A DNA stretch of 64,000 bases from Fidelibacterota bacterium. GTDB lineage: Bacteria; Fidelibacterota; Marinisomatia; Marinisomatales; TCS55. The position numbers and the translations under genes were made by a program. A model generated the notes under the pieces. It was given only the letters and a program-made list of their open reading frames with translations. It was not told the DNA's origin and searched no databases. Shown here in pieces: positions 21,813-31,584 of the stretch; position 1 is the first letter of the stretch, and each line of letters starts with the position of its first letter. The stretch is from positions 1 to 64,000 of the forward strand of contig JAPNQO010000053.1 in assembly GCA_027251445.1 (NCBI GenBank), given 5' to 3'.

Positions 21813-22157
21813 ATGGAAGTAAGATCGATAAGTAGGTATATAAGACAGTCTCCAAAAAAGGTTAGGATTGTTTTAGATAAAATTAGAGGGAAAAAAGTTG
21901 GTTATGCTTTAGACTATTTACATTTTTCTCCTCTAAAAGCTTCTTATGTTGCTGAAAAAACCATAAGATCAGCTGTTGCAAATTTGATGCAGTTGAAAGA
22001 TTCTGCCAACTTAGATCCAGATTCATTTATTATTAAAGAAGCTTTTGCAGATGGTGGTCCTCATTTAAAAAGATTTAGGGCAGCTTCCATGGGTAGGATT
22101 TCACGAATAAATAAACCTACTAGTCATTTAACAATTATTATTAGCGATGATTCGTAG
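21813..22157 (+). CDS. rplV: 50S ribosomal protein L22
   Basis: [19 protein letters not shown]; synteny. Confidence 0.95.
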   Translation: MEVRSISRYIRQSPKKVRIVLDKIRGKKVGYALDYLHFSPLKASYVAEKTIRSAVANLMQLKDSANLDPDSFIIKEAFADGGPHLKRFRAASMGRISRINKPTSHLTIIISDDS

Positions 22158-22168
22158 GAGGTAATATT

Positions 22169-22798
22169 TTGGGTCAGAAAACACATCCAATTGGCTTTAG
22201 GCTATCCGTTAAAAAGAATTGGCGTTCTAATTGGTTTGCAGGTGCTGATTTTTCATCTGAGCTTCAAGAAGATGTTAAAATAAGAAAGTATCTTAGCCAT
22301 AGATTGCCTAATGCAGGTGTATCCAGAGTTGAAATAAGTAGAACAACCAAAGTAGTTACAGTGACTATTTTTACGGCAAGACCAGGTATAGTTATTGGAA
22401 AAGGTGGAGAAGAAGTTGCTCGTTTGAAAGCCGAAGTAGCGCAATTAACTAGTAAAGAGGTTCAGGTTAATATTTCTGAAATAAAAAGGCCTGAACTAGA
22501 TGCTGCCTTGGTAGGATCAAATATAGCACATCAATTAGTTAAGAAGATATCTTACAGAAGAGTTGTTAGTAAAGCTATTCAAGCTACTATGAGGATGGGG
22601 GCTCAAGGTATAAGAGTAAATGTTGCTGGTAGATTAGGTGGCGCTGAAATTGCTCGGAGTGAAAAGTTTGCTGAGGGAAGAATTCCGCTTCATACTTTAA
22701 GAGCAGATATAGATTATGCTTTAACTGAAGCAAAAACATCCTACGGGATTATAGGTATTAAAGTTTGGATTTGCATGGGGACAAGTAAAAATGCTTGA
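22169..22798 (+). CDS. rpsC: 30S ribosomal protein S3
   Basis: [33 protein letters not shown] start. Confidence 0.98.
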   Translation: MGQKTHPIGFRLSVKKNWRSNWFAGADFSSELQEDVKIRKYLSHRLPNAGVSRVEISRTTKVVTVTIFTARPGIVIGKGGEEVARLKAEVAQLTSKEVQVNISEIKRPELDAALVGSNIAHQLVKKISYRRVVSKAIQATMRMGAQGIRVNVAGRLGGAEIARSEKFAEGRIPLHTLRADIDYALTEAKTSYGIIGIKVWICMGTSKNA

Positions 22799-23204
22799 GC
22801 CGAAAAAAGTAAAATTTCGTCGTCATCATAGGGGAAACAGGCGCGGAATGGCAAGTCGTGGAAATCATGTTGCTTTTGGAAGTTTTGGTTTGAAAGCTGT
22901 TAGTCCAGGATGGATAACATCAAGACAGATTGAAGCTGCTCGTATTACAATCTCTAGAGTTGTACGTAAGACTGGAAAAATGTGGATACGAATTTTCCCT
23001 GATAAACCAATTACAAAAAAACCGGCTGAGACTCGAATGGGTAAAGGAAAAGGGTCTCCAGAATATTGGGTTGCTGTTGTAAAGCCAGGTAGGATTTTAT
23101 TTGAAGTTGAGGGCGTAAGTAGAGAAGAAGCTGAAGAAGGATTTCGTAGAGCTAGTCATAAATTGCCAGTTAAGACAAAGTTTGCTTTAAGAAGAGAAGG
23201 TTAA
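22791..23204 (+). CDS. rplP: 50S ribosomal protein L16
   Basis: [23 protein letters not shown]. Confidence 0.98.
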   Translation: MLEPKKVKFRRHHRGNRRGMASRGNHVAFGSFGLKAVSPGWITSRQIEAARITISRVVRKTGKMWIRIFPDKPITKKPAETRMGKGKGSPEYWVAVVKPGRILFEVEGVSREEAEEGFRRASHKLPVKTKFALRREG

Positions 23205-23208
23205 ATCA

Positions 23209-23427
23209 ATGAAAAAGAATGAATTAAACGATATGACTGTTTCAGAGCTGGAGGTTAAATTGAAAGATAATTTAGATTCTCTACAGAATTTCCGATTTCA
23301 GAAAGCTCTTCAGCAACTTGAGGATCCATCACAGATTAGAAATATTAAAAGAGAAATTGCACAATTAAATACAGTTCTTAGAGAATATGATCTAGGTCTA
23401 AGAAATGAAAGTGATAAGAAAGAATAA
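23209..23427 (+). CDS. rpmC: 50S ribosomal protein L29
   Basis: FRFQ, IRNIKREIAQLNT; synteny. Confidence 0.93.
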   Translation: MKKNELNDMTVSELEVKLKDNLDSLQNFRFQKALQQLEDPSQIRNIKREIAQLNTVLREYDLGLRNESDKKE

Positions 23428-23428
23428 A

Positions 23429-23677
23429 ATGCCTGAAACAAGAAAGAGACAAAAATTAGTTGGTGAAGTAATAAGTGCTAAAATGGAAAAAACTGTTATG
23501 GTGAGTGTAACAAAAAAGAAAGCCCATCCAGTATACGGGAAGTATGTTAAAAGGTCCAAAAAATATATGGCTCATATAGGTTCAGTTAATGTTGATGTAG
23601 GTAATGTAGTAGAAATCACACTAATTCCACCAATGAGCAAAAATAAAAGATGGTTAGTTAGTAAAATAATTAGATAA
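23429..23677 (+). CDS. rpsQ: 30S ribosomal protein S17
   Basis: G.V.S.KMEKT, HPVYGK, SKNKRW; ATG at 23429 directly after the rpmC stop preferred over 23405. Confidence 0.95.
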   Translation: MPETRKRQKLVGEVISAKMEKTVMVSVTKKKAHPVYGKYVKRSKKYMAHIGSVNVDVGNVVEITLIPPMSKNKRWLVSKIIR

Positions 23678-23694
23678 TAATTATATAAAAAAGT

Positions 23695-24063
23695 ATGATT
23701 CAACAAGAAACAAGGTTAAAAGTAGCTGATAATTCTGGAGCAAAAGACATATTATGCTTCAAAATTTTAGGCGGATCAAAAAGAAGGTATGCTTCTTTAG
23801 GAGATCTAATTGTTGTAACTGTAAAAAATGCGATTCCTGGAGGTGCGGTTAAGAAAGGTGATGTCACTAGAGCAGTTGTGGTTAGAACAAAGAAAGAAGT
23901 GAGAAGAAATGATGGATCTTATATACGATTCGATGATAATGCTGCAGTGCTTCTTACAGAATCAGGCGAACCAAGGGGGACCAGAATTTTTGGACCTGTT
24001 GCTAGAGAACTGCGTGATAGTGGTTATATGAAAATTGTATCAATGGCTCCAGAGGTGATGTAA
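23695..24063 (+). CDS. rplN: 50S ribosomal protein L14
   Basis: [26 protein letters not shown]. Confidence 0.99.
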   Translation: MIQQETRLKVADNSGAKDILCFKILGGSKRRYASLGDLIVVTVKNAIPGGAVKKGDVTRAVVVRTKKEVRRNDGSYIRFDDNAAVLLTESGEPRGTRIFGPVARELRDSGYMKIVSMAPEVM

Positions 24064-24371
24064 TGCATCTACGTAAGGGTATGTTAGTAAGAGTTATAAA
24101 AGGAAATCATAAAGGTTCTGAAGGTAAGTTGTTATATGTATTCCCAAAGAAGAACAAAGCGATAGTTGAAGGTGTAAATATGGTTAAGCATTCTATAAGA
24201 CCAACGCAAGAAAACCCTAGTGGCGGTTTCTCCGAAAAAGAAGCACCAATCAACTTATCAAATTTAATGCATGTTCAAAAAGGTGAGGTTTCTCGCATTG
24301 GTTATAAAATTCTTGATGATGGTTCAAAGGTTAGAATATCATTGAAGACAGGTCAAGAAATTCAGGTATAA
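24063..24371 (+). CDS. rplX: 50S ribosomal protein L24
   Basis: KOW start, VEGVNMVKH, EAPINLSN. Confidence 0.95.
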   Translation: MHLRKGMLVRVIKGNHKGSEGKLLYVFPKKNKAIVEGVNMVKHSIRPTQENPSGGFSEKEAPINLSNLMHVQKGEVSRIGYKILDDGSKVRISLKTGQEIQV

Positions 24372-24373
24372 TT

Positions 24374-25027
24374 ATGGTAGCTAAATCAAAAACAGTATCT
24401 AAAAAGAAAGCTAAAGATTCAAAGAAAATGTCAAAATCTAAAGCCGTTAGATACGTGCCTAACCTCAGAAAACAATATTTAGAAAATATTGCACCAAAAT
24501 TAACTGAAAGGTTTAAATATAAAAACCCTATGGAGGTCCCTAGGCTTAATACTATATCAATAAACATGGGAGTTGGCGATGCAAAGGTGAGTCCGAAAGC
24601 TCTAGAAAGCGCGATTCAAGAACTCACTTTAATTTCTGGCCAAAAACCTATTACTACTTTATCAAGAAAAGATATTTCAAATTTCAAAATTAGAAAAGGT
24701 TTTCCAGTGGGATGTAAAGTAACAATTAGAGGTTCTAGAATGTATGAATTTCTTGAGCGTTTAATTACTGTTGCTTTGCCAAGAACTAGAGACTTTAGAG
24801 GTCTATCATTCAAATCATTTGATAGGAGAGGTAATTATAATTTTGGGGTTACGGAGCAAATCATTTTTACAGAAATAAATTATGATAAAATAGACAGTGT
24901 AAGAGGTATGGATATAAATATTACTACCAGCGCTAAAACAGATGACGAAGCTTATTGGTTGCTAAAAGAGTTTGGGTTTCCTTTAAGAGATAAACCTGTA
25001 AAAGAAGAATTAGTTGAGGTTGATTAA
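24374..25027 (+). CDS. rplE: 50S ribosomal protein L5, with possible Lys-rich N-terminal extension
   Basis: [26 protein letters not shown]. Confidence 0.97.
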   Translation: MVAKSKTVSKKKAKDSKKMSKSKAVRYVPNLRKQYLENIAPKLTERFKYKNPMEVPRLNTISINMGVGDAKVSPKALESAIQELTLISGQKPITTLSRKDISNFKIRKGFPVGCKVTIRGSRMYEFLERLITVALPRTRDFRGLSFKSFDRRGNYNFGVTEQIIFTEINYDKIDSVRGMDINITTSAKTDDEAYWLLKEFGFPLRDKPVKEELVEVD

Positions 25028-25212
25028 TGGCAAAAAAATCTTTAATACATAAAGCAAAACAAAAACCAAAGTTTTCTACTAGAAAATATAATAGATGTTT
25101 CAACTGTGGTCGTCCAACTGCATATATGAGAAAATTTGGTTTATGTAGAATCTGCTTCAGAGAAATGGCTCTAAAAGGTGAAATACCTGGAGTTACAAAG
25201 GCTAGCTGGTAA
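25027..25212 (+). CDS. rpsN: 30S ribosomal protein S14, zinc-binding type Z
   Basis: 61 aa; CFNC...[13 protein letters not shown]. Confidence 0.97.
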   Translation: MAKKSLIHKAKQKPKFSTRKYNRCFNCGRPTAYMRKFGLCRICFREMALKGEIPGVTKASW

Positions 25213-25227
25213 GGAGGGGCATGATTT

Positions 25228-25626
25228 ATGACTATGACAGATCCTACTTCTGATTTACTTACAAGAATTCGTAATGGCCTTGCTGTGAATAAGCGCTGGG
25301 TTGATGTTCCTTCTTCAAATATGAAAAAGCGAATTGTGTATATTCTTAAAGAAGAGAAATATATTGATGATTTTATATATGTTAAAGATAATATGAATGA
25401 ATTTATAAGGATTTTCTTAAAATATGATTATAAGGGTGAGCCGGTTATTAGTGAAATAAATAGAGTTAGTAAGCCGGGCTACAGAATTTATGTTGAATGT
25501 TCAAAAATACCTAAAGTCCTGGATGGTCTTGGAATATCTATCTTATCGACTTCAAAAGGAGTCGTTTCAAATAAGGTAGCAAAAAAATTGGGTGTTGGTG
25601 GCGAAATCTTATGTAATGTGTGGTAA
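25228..25626 (+). CDS. rpsH: 30S ribosomal protein S8
   Basis: LTRIRN, SKPGYRIY, STSKGV, GGE. Confidence 0.97.
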   Translation: MTMTDPTSDLLTRIRNGLAVNKRWVDVPSSNMKKRIVYILKEEKYIDDFIYVKDNMNEFIRIFLKYDYKGEPVISEINRVSKPGYRIYVECSKIPKVLDGLGISILSTSKGVVSNKVAKKLGVGGEILCNVW

Positions 25627-25631
25627 TTGGT

Positions 25632-26180
25632 ATGTCAAGAATAGGTAAACAGCCAATTTTAGTTCCCGAAGGAGTCAATGTGATAATTGAAGATCTTTCT
25701 GTGCAGGTAAAAGGCCCTAAGGGAGCGTTATCGGTTGATATTCATAAAGATATGAATTTAGACCTTAAAGATAATACTTTGCTCGTTTCTAGGCCATCTG
25801 ATGACAGGCTTCACAAATCTTTACATGGAACAACACGAATGATATTAATGAATTGTATAAATGGTGTTTCAGATGGTTTTGAAAAAGAATTAGAGATTCA
25901 AGGTGTGGGCTATCAAGCTAATATGCAGGGTAAAAGATTAGTGCTTGCTTTGGGTTTTTCTCATGAAATTCATTTTGATCCACCTGAAGGTATCTCTATT
26001 GAAACAAATAACCGTACTGAAATAAAGGTTTCAGGAATTGATAAGCAATTGGTTGGAGAAGTCTCAGCTAAAATTAGATCTTTTAAAAAGCCCGAACCTT
26101 TTAAGGGTAAAGGTATACGTTACAAAGGTGAATATGTTAGATCCAAACAGGGTAAAACTGTTGGTGGAGGTGAAGGTTGA
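25632..26180 (+). CDS. rplF: 50S ribosomal protein L6
   Basis: MSRIGK start at 25632, GVGY, PEPFKGKGIRY. Confidence 0.97.
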   Translation: MSRIGKQPILVPEGVNVIIEDLSVQVKGPKGALSVDIHKDMNLDLKDNTLLVSRPSDDRLHKSLHGTTRMILMNCINGVSDGFEKELEIQGVGYQANMQGKRLVLALGFSHEIHFDPPEGISIETNNRTEIKVSGIDKQLVGEVSAKIRSFKKPEPFKGKGIRYKGEYVRSKQGKTVGGGEG

Positions 26181-26548
26181 GCAAGTTAACTAAAGATAAT
26201 GCTAGGAGTCAGCGAAGGAGAAATCGAAGTAAAGTTTCTCAAAATAATCTTTCCGTTCGCTTAAGGTTAGTTGTTAGTAGAAGTTTAAAAAATATTCAAG
26301 CGCAGATCGTTGATGATGTAAATGGTAAAACATTGGTTTCCGTTTCTTCTCTAGATAAAAGCTTAAAATCTGATATGACTAAGGCTAAAGGTAAAATTGA
26401 ACGAAGTAAAATTGTAGGAAAAAAGATAGGTGAGAAAGCAAAGAAAAATAAGATTAAAGAAGTATGGTTTGATCGTAATGGGTATCCATATACTGGGCGT
26501 ATAAAAGCAATGGCTGATGCAGCTAGAAAATCAGGACTAAAATTTTAA
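26177..26548 (+). CDS. rplR: 50S ribosomal protein L18
   Basis: RLVVSRS, AQIVDD, FDRNGY.Y.GR; TTGA overlap with rplF. Confidence 0.95.
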   Translation: MSKLTKDNARSQRRRNRSKVSQNNLSVRLRLVVSRSLKNIQAQIVDDVNGKTLVSVSSLDKSLKSDMTKAKGKIERSKIVGKKIGEKAKKNKIKEVWFDRNGYPYTGRIKAMADAARKSGLKF

Positions 26549-26563
26549 TAAAGGGGATAAAAA

Positions 26564-27067
26564 TTGTCTATAATTAATCCAGCAGAATTAGATTTAAAAG
26601 AAGAGTCAGTAGTAAGAATTAATCGTGTAGCCAAAGTAACATCTAGAGGAAAAAGGTTTAGTTTCTCAAGTTTAGTTGTGATTGGTGATGGAAGTGGTCA
26701 TGTTGGAGTTGGTATTGGAAAAGCTAATGAAGTTATTTCTAGTATATCAAAAGGTAAGGATAATGCAAAACGTAATATATTTAAAGCGAAAATAATTAAT
26801 GGCACTATACCTCATAAAATTGTTGGAAAATATGGTTCAGGTAGAGTTTTATTAAAACCAGCATCTCAGGGAACTGGGATTATAGCAGGAGCCCCTGTGC
26901 GTGCGGTAATGGAGCAAGTTGGAATAAATAATATTTTATCAAAGAGGTATGGTTCAACTAACCCTCTTAACATAGTACGTGCAACTATTAATGCGTTAGA
27001 AAATTTGCAAGATGCAGTATCAGTTGCTAATAAACGTGGAATGACTATTAAAGAATTATTCAATTAA
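26564..27067 (+). CDS. rpsE: 30S ribosomal protein S5
   Basis: INRVAKV, GKANEV, PASQGTGIIAG; TTG start. Confidence 0.97.
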   Translation: MSIINPAELDLKEESVVRINRVAKVTSRGKRFSFSSLVVIGDGSGHVGVGIGKANEVISSISKGKDNAKRNIFKAKIINGTIPHKIVGKYGSGRVLLKPASQGTGIIAGAPVRAVMEQVGINNILSKRYGSTNPLNIVRATINALENLQDAVSVANKRGMTIKELFN

Positions 27068-27068
27068 T

Positions 27069-27263
27069 ATGGCTAAATCAAAAAATAAAACTCTTCAGAT
27101 AACTCAGATTAAAAGTAGAATTGGTTATAAGAAAAAAGCTAAGGCAACTCTTGATGCTATGGGCTTAAAAAAAATAAATCAAACTGTTACATTGCCTGAT
27201 AATCTTTCTACCAGAGGAATGATAAAAAAAATAGAGTTTTTAATTAATGTGGAAGAATTATAA
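27069..27263 (+). CDS. rpmD: 50S ribosomal protein L30
   Basis: ITQIKSRIG, ATL.AMGL, RGMI; synteny. Confidence 0.93.
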   Translation: MAKSKNKTLQITQIKSRIGYKKKAKATLDAMGLKKINQTVTLPDNLSTRGMIKKIEFLINVEEL

Positions 27264-27703
27264 TGGATCTTAGTTCATTAAAGCCAACTAAAGGAGCGGT
27301 ATTTAATAGGAAACGTGTTGGAAGAGGGCATGGCTCAGGCTATGGTCGTACTGCAGGTCGAGGAGAGAAAGGATATCATTCTAGAAGTGGTAGTAAACAT
27401 AGACCTTGGTTTGAAGGTGGTCAAATGCCGATTCACAGGCGCTTACCAAAAAGAGGGTTTTCTAACCACCTTTTTAGAAAAAAATATCAAATTGTGAATC
27501 TTAGAGATATTAATTCTCTTGATATGAATGAAATTGATTCAAATATACTATTTGATAATGGTCTAATTGACTCATCACTCCAACCGGTAAAAATTTTAGG
27601 TGATGGGGATATATCAAAGGCAATAAAAATTAAAGCAACTAAATTTAGTAAATCTGCTATTTTAAAAATTGAAAAGGCTGGGGGTAAAGCCGAGTTACAA
27701 TGA
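27263..27703 (+). CDS. rplO: 50S ribosomal protein L15
   Basis: RVGRGHGSG, FEGGQMP, RLPKRGF. Confidence 0.97.
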   Translation: MDLSSLKPTKGAVFNRKRVGRGHGSGYGRTAGRGEKGYHSRSGSKHRPWFEGGQMPIHRRLPKRGFSNHLFRKKYQIVNLRDINSLDMNEIDSNILFDNGLIDSSLQPVKILGDGDISKAIKIKATKFSKSAILKIEKAGGKAELQ

Positions 27704-29034
27704 TTGATAAAATTAGAAATATGTTCAACATCCCTGAGCTTCGGAGTAGAATTTTATTTACTTTTGGCGTACTTGTTGTAGTGCGAATGGGTGCACATAT
27801 TCCTATTCCAGGTATAAATAGCGAGGCTCTAATGGATGCATTTCGTGCAATGCAAAGTCAAAACACCCTTTTAGGTCTGTTTAACATGTTTGCAGGTGGT
27901 GCTTTTCAAAAAGCAACCTTATTTGCTCTTGGAATTATGCCGTATATCACGACTTCGATTATTTTCCAGTTAATGGGTAGTGTAGTCCCTTATTTTCAGC
28001 GTTTACAGAAAGAAGGTGAAGAAGGTAGGAGAAAGTTAACTCAACTCACTAGATATGGTACGGTGGCTGTATCAATTCTTCAAGCATATAGTATTACAAT
28101 ATTTTTAGAATCAATGACAGCAAGTAATGGTGTTGCGGTAGTAACCAATCCTGGTATAGGATTTAAATTTGTTGCTATAGTAAGCATTGTGACTGGCACC
28201 ATGTTGCTTATGTGGCTAGGTGAACGTATTACTGAACGCGGCATTGGTAATGGAATTTCTCTAATTATCATGGTGGGTATTGTTTCTATTTTACCATCAG
28301 TTATTTTAGGTGAGATAACACAGGTGCAAGCTGGTCTCAGAGGTATACTCACAGAAGTTATTTTACTTGGAATAATGTTTATAATTATTGCATTTGTAGT
28401 ACGGTTAACGCAGGGAACAAGAAAAATCCCTGTTCAATATGCAAAAAGAGTAGTAGGACGTAAAATTTATGGTGGTCAAGCGACGCACATTCCTCTAAGA
28501 GTAAATACTGCAGGAGTTATGCCCATCATTTTTGCTCAATCAGTAATGTTTATTCCAAGTACAGTAGCAATGTTTTTTCCTGAAAGTGAATTCATGTTAG
28601 GTGTTACAAGATGGTTTTCATTTGATCATCCATTTTATTGGACCGTTTTCGGTTTAATGATAATATTTTTTACGTATTTCTATACTGCTATAGCTTTTGA
28701 TCCTGTTCAAGTTGCTTCTAATATGAAACAGCATGGAGGGTTTATACCGGGTGTAAGACCTGGAAAGAGGACTGCGGAGTATATTGATAATATATTAACA
28801 AGAGTTACTTTACCAGGATCTATATTTCTTGCCGGTGTTGCTGTCTTCCCATTTCTTCTAATGAATGTTATGAATGTGGGCTATGATTTAGCATCGTTTT
28901 TTGGAGGTACTAGTCTTTTGATAATTGTTGGAGTAGCTCTTGATACATTACAGCAAATAGAATCTCATTTACTGATGCGTCACTATGATGGTTTCTTATC
29001 AAAGGGTAAAATTAAAGGTAGAAGACGAGTATAA
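27700..29034 (+). CDS. secY: Preprotein translocase SecY
   Basis: LGIMPYIT, GIGNGISL, IPGVRPG, GGTSLLI. Confidence 0.99.
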   Translation: MIDKIRNMFNIPELRSRILFTFGVLVVVRMGAHIPIPGINSEALMDAFRAMQSQNTLLGLFNMFAGGAFQKATLFALGIMPYITTSIIFQLMGSVVPYFQRLQKEGEEGRRKLTQLTRYGTVAVSILQAYSITIFLESMTASNGVAVVTNPGIGFKFVAIVSIVTGTMLLMWLGERITERGIGNGISLIIMVGIVSILPSVILGEITQVQAGLRGILTEVILLGIMFIIIAFVVRLTQGTRKIPVQYAKRVVGRKIYGGQATHIPLRVNTAGVMPIIFAQSVMFIPSTVAMFFPESEFMLGVTRWFSFDHPFYWTVFGLMIIFFTYFYTAIAFDPVQVASNMKQHGGFIPGVRPGKRTAEYIDNILTRVTLPGSIFLAGVAVFPFLLMNVMNVGYDLASFFGGTSLLIIVGVALDTLQQIESHLLMRHYDGFLSKGKIKGRRRV

Positions 29035-29792
29035 TGGTTAGTGTTAGGTCAAATAGAGAAATTGAACATATATCGGAAAGTGCACAAATTGTTGCAGATA
29101 CATTAGATATGCTTACAGAAAAAGTTGAATCAGGGATTTCTTTAATGGAATTAGATACATTAGCAGAAGAATTTATTCGATCTCGAGATGCTATTCCAGC
29201 ATTCAAAGGGTATATGGGGTTCCCAGCAACCTTATGTATATCAGTTGATGACGAAGTTGTTCATGGCATTCCTTCAAATAAGATACTAAATAATGGGCAG
29301 ATAGTTGGAATAGATTGTGGAGCTTTAAAAAATGGATATTATGGTGATTCTGCTAGGACATTTCCTGTTGGAGATATAAGCGATCAAGACAAAAAGCTAA
29401 TAGAGATTACTCAAGAAGCACTATATCTAGGTATTGATGAAGCAGTGCCTGGAAATTATGTTTCAGATATTGGTCATGCTATTCAAAAGTTTGTAGAGCC
29501 AAAAGGCTATTCAATTGTAAGAGAATTAGTAGGTCATGGTATTGGTACAAATCTACACGAAGATCCTCAAGTTCCAAACTATGGGGATCCAGGTATGGGT
29601 GTAAAATTGAAAGAAGGTATGTGTCTTGCAATAGAGCCAATGATAAATAGAGGCGGAAAAGAAGTTTATACACTAGATGATGGCTGGACAATAAAGACTA
29701 AAGATGGGTTTAATTCCGCTCATTTTGAACATACGATTGCAATACGAAAAGATGGTCCAGAAGTATTATCAGGAAGTAGATTAAATGGCTAA
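29034..29792 (+). CDS. map: Methionine aminopeptidase type I
   Basis: VVHGIP, GHGIG..LHEDP, AIEPM, SAHFEHT. Confidence 0.97.
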   Translation: MVSVRSNREIEHISESAQIVADTLDMLTEKVESGISLMELDTLAEEFIRSRDAIPAFKGYMGFPATLCISVDDEVVHGIPSNKILNNGQIVGIDCGALKNGYYGDSARTFPVGDISDQDKKLIEITQEALYLGIDEAVPGNYVSDIGHAIQKFVEPKGYSIVRELVGHGIGTNLHEDPQVPNYGDPGMGVKLKEGMCLAIEPMINRGGKEVYTLDDGWTIKTKDGFNSAHFEHTIAIRKDGPEVLSGSRLNG

Positions 29793-30012
29793 AGAAAAAC
29801 CAATAACAATTGATGGTGTTATCACTGAAACCCTTCCAAGCGCAATGTTTAGAGTTGAGGTTGAGATTGGTGGGGAGATGCATGAAGTCTTAGCTCATGT
29901 ATCAGGAAAAATGAGAATGCATTATATAAAAATTTTACCTGGAGATATTGTAACATTAGAGATATCTCCCTACGACTTGAAACGTGGTAGAATCATATAT
30001 AGGCAAAAATAA
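29785..30012 (+). CDS. infA: Translation initiation factor IF-1
   Basis: SGKMR...IKILPGD, SPYDL.RGRI. Confidence 0.98.
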   Translation: MAKEKPITIDGVITETLPSAMFRVEVEIGGEMHEVLAHVSGKMRMHYIKILPGDIVTLEISPYDLKRGRIIYRQK

Positions 30013-30014
30013 TT

Positions 30015-30128
30015 ATGAAAGTTAGACCTTCAGTAAAAAAAATGTGTCCAAAGTGCAAGATTATTAAACGCAAAGGTGTTGTTCAAGTGATTTGTGAGAA
30101 TCCTAAACACAAGCAAAGACAGGGATAA
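30015..30128 (+). CDS. rpmJ: 50S ribosomal protein L36, zinc-binding form; not in ORF track
   Basis: [37 protein letters not shown]. Confidence 0.97.
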   Translation: MKVRPSVKKMCPKCKIIKRKGVVQVICENPKHKQRQG

Positions 30129-30139
30129 GGATAAATATT

Positions 30140-30526
30140 ATGGCAAGAATAGCAGGCATTGATATTCCAAGAGATAAAAAAGTCCCTTACTCATTGAGAT
30201 ATATATATGGGATTGGTCTTACTACTGCAAAAGAAATATGTGATAAGGCAAAAATTGATCATAATAAAAGAGTAAAAGATTTGACTGAAAAGCAAGTAGT
30301 TACAATTCGTGATGTTATTTCTAAAATGGAATTAGCAATTGAAGGTGAGCATAGATCAGAAGTTGCTATGAACATCAAACGTTTGAGGGATATTGGTAGT
30401 TATAAAGGGATTCGTCATCGAAGAGGGTTGCCTGTAAATGGTCAACGTACAAAAACGAATGCTAGGACTAGAAAAGGTCGTAAGAAAACTGTTGGTATGG
30501 GTAAAAAAGCTTTGGAAAAGAAGTAG
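30140..30526 (+). CDS. rpsM: 30S ribosomal protein S13
   Basis: [29 protein letters not shown]. Confidence 0.98.
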   Translation: MARIAGIDIPRDKKVPYSLRYIYGIGLTTAKEICDKAKIDHNKRVKDLTEKQVVTIRDVISKMELAIEGEHRSEVAMNIKRLRDIGSYKGIRHRRGLPVNGQRTKTNARTRKGRKKTVGMGKKALEKK

Positions 30527-30540
30527 AAAGGTAATATCAA

Positions 30541-30933
30541 TTGGCTAAACCAAAACTAAAGAAAAAATCAAAAAAGAAAAAAGTTTCTGATACTAGAGGA
30601 ATTGCTTCAATAAAGGCAACATTTAACAATACTCATATATCAATAACTGATAAGTTTGGAAATGTGATTGCTTGGTCAACAGCTGGAACATCAGGATTTA
30701 AAGGTTCACGAAAGAATACTTCATATGCAGCCTCTGTTGCTGCTGAAAAAGTTGCTAGCGAAGTAATCTCTATGGGGCTAGTCTCTGTAGATGTGAGAGT
30801 TAAAGGGCCAGGGTCAGGAAGAGAATCTGCAGTTAGGTCATTGGCTTCGGCAGGATTAAATATTATGTCAATTAAAGATGTTACACCATTGCCTCATAAT
30901 GGCTGTAGACCACCAAAAAGAAGAAGGGTCTAA
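30541..30933 (+). CDS. rpsK: 30S ribosomal protein S11
   Basis: [34 protein letters not shown] start. Confidence 0.98.
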   Translation: MAKPKLKKKSKKKKVSDTRGIASIKATFNNTHISITDKFGNVIAWSTAGTSGFKGSRKNTSYAASVAAEKVASEVISMGLVSVDVRVKGPGSGRESAVRSLASAGLNIMSIKDVTPLPHNGCRPPKRRRV

Positions 30934-30946
30934 TTAAAGGTACGTT

Positions 30947-31564
30947 ATGGCGAAACTTAAAACTCCAAGAGGAAAACTTGTTAGAAAATTTGGTGAAAAC
31001 ATTTTTGGAAATAATAAATATGATCGGTTGTTAAATCGAAAGCCTTATGCTCCAGGGCAACATGGGCAAAATAGACGAAGACGTATATCAAATTATGGAT
31101 TACAATTACATGAGAAGCAGAAAATTAAAATTATGTACGGCTTATTAGAAAAACAATTTAGGTCATATTTTGCAAAAGCAGATCAAATGAAGGGTGAAAC
31201 CGGAACAAATCTAATGGAGCTTCTGGAAAGAAGATTAGATAATATTGTTTATAGATTAGGCTTTGCGTCTTCTCGCCCTCAAGCTAGACAAATGGTTAGC
31301 CATGCACATTTTCTTGTTAATGATAGAAGAGTAAATATTCCTAGCTATCTAGTAAAACCAGGCGATAAAATTAAAGTTAGGGAAAAAAGTAAAAAATTAG
31401 ATGTAATATTAGATTCTGTGCGATTAGTGAAAGGTGATTTAGATTTACCTTGGCTTGAACTTGACAAAGCAAAGTTAACTGGTACATTTATAGAAGTTCC
31501 TAAGAGAGAAGACATGGGCGTCATTGTTAATGAGCAATTAATCGTTGAATTATATTCAAAGTAA
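30947..31564 (+). CDS. rpsD: 30S ribosomal protein S4
   Basis: PGQHG, EKQK, LERRLDN, LIVELYSK. Confidence 0.98.
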   Translation: MAKLKTPRGKLVRKFGENIFGNNKYDRLLNRKPYAPGQHGQNRRRRISNYGLQLHEKQKIKIMYGLLEKQFRSYFAKADQMKGETGTNLMELLERRLDNIVYRLGFASSRPQARQMVSHAHFLVNDRRVNIPSYLVKPGDKIKVREKSKKLDVILDSVRLVKGDLDLPWLELDKAKLTGTFIEVPKREDMGVIVNEQLIVELYSK

Positions 31565-31584
31565 TAAATAAAGGGTAATAGATA

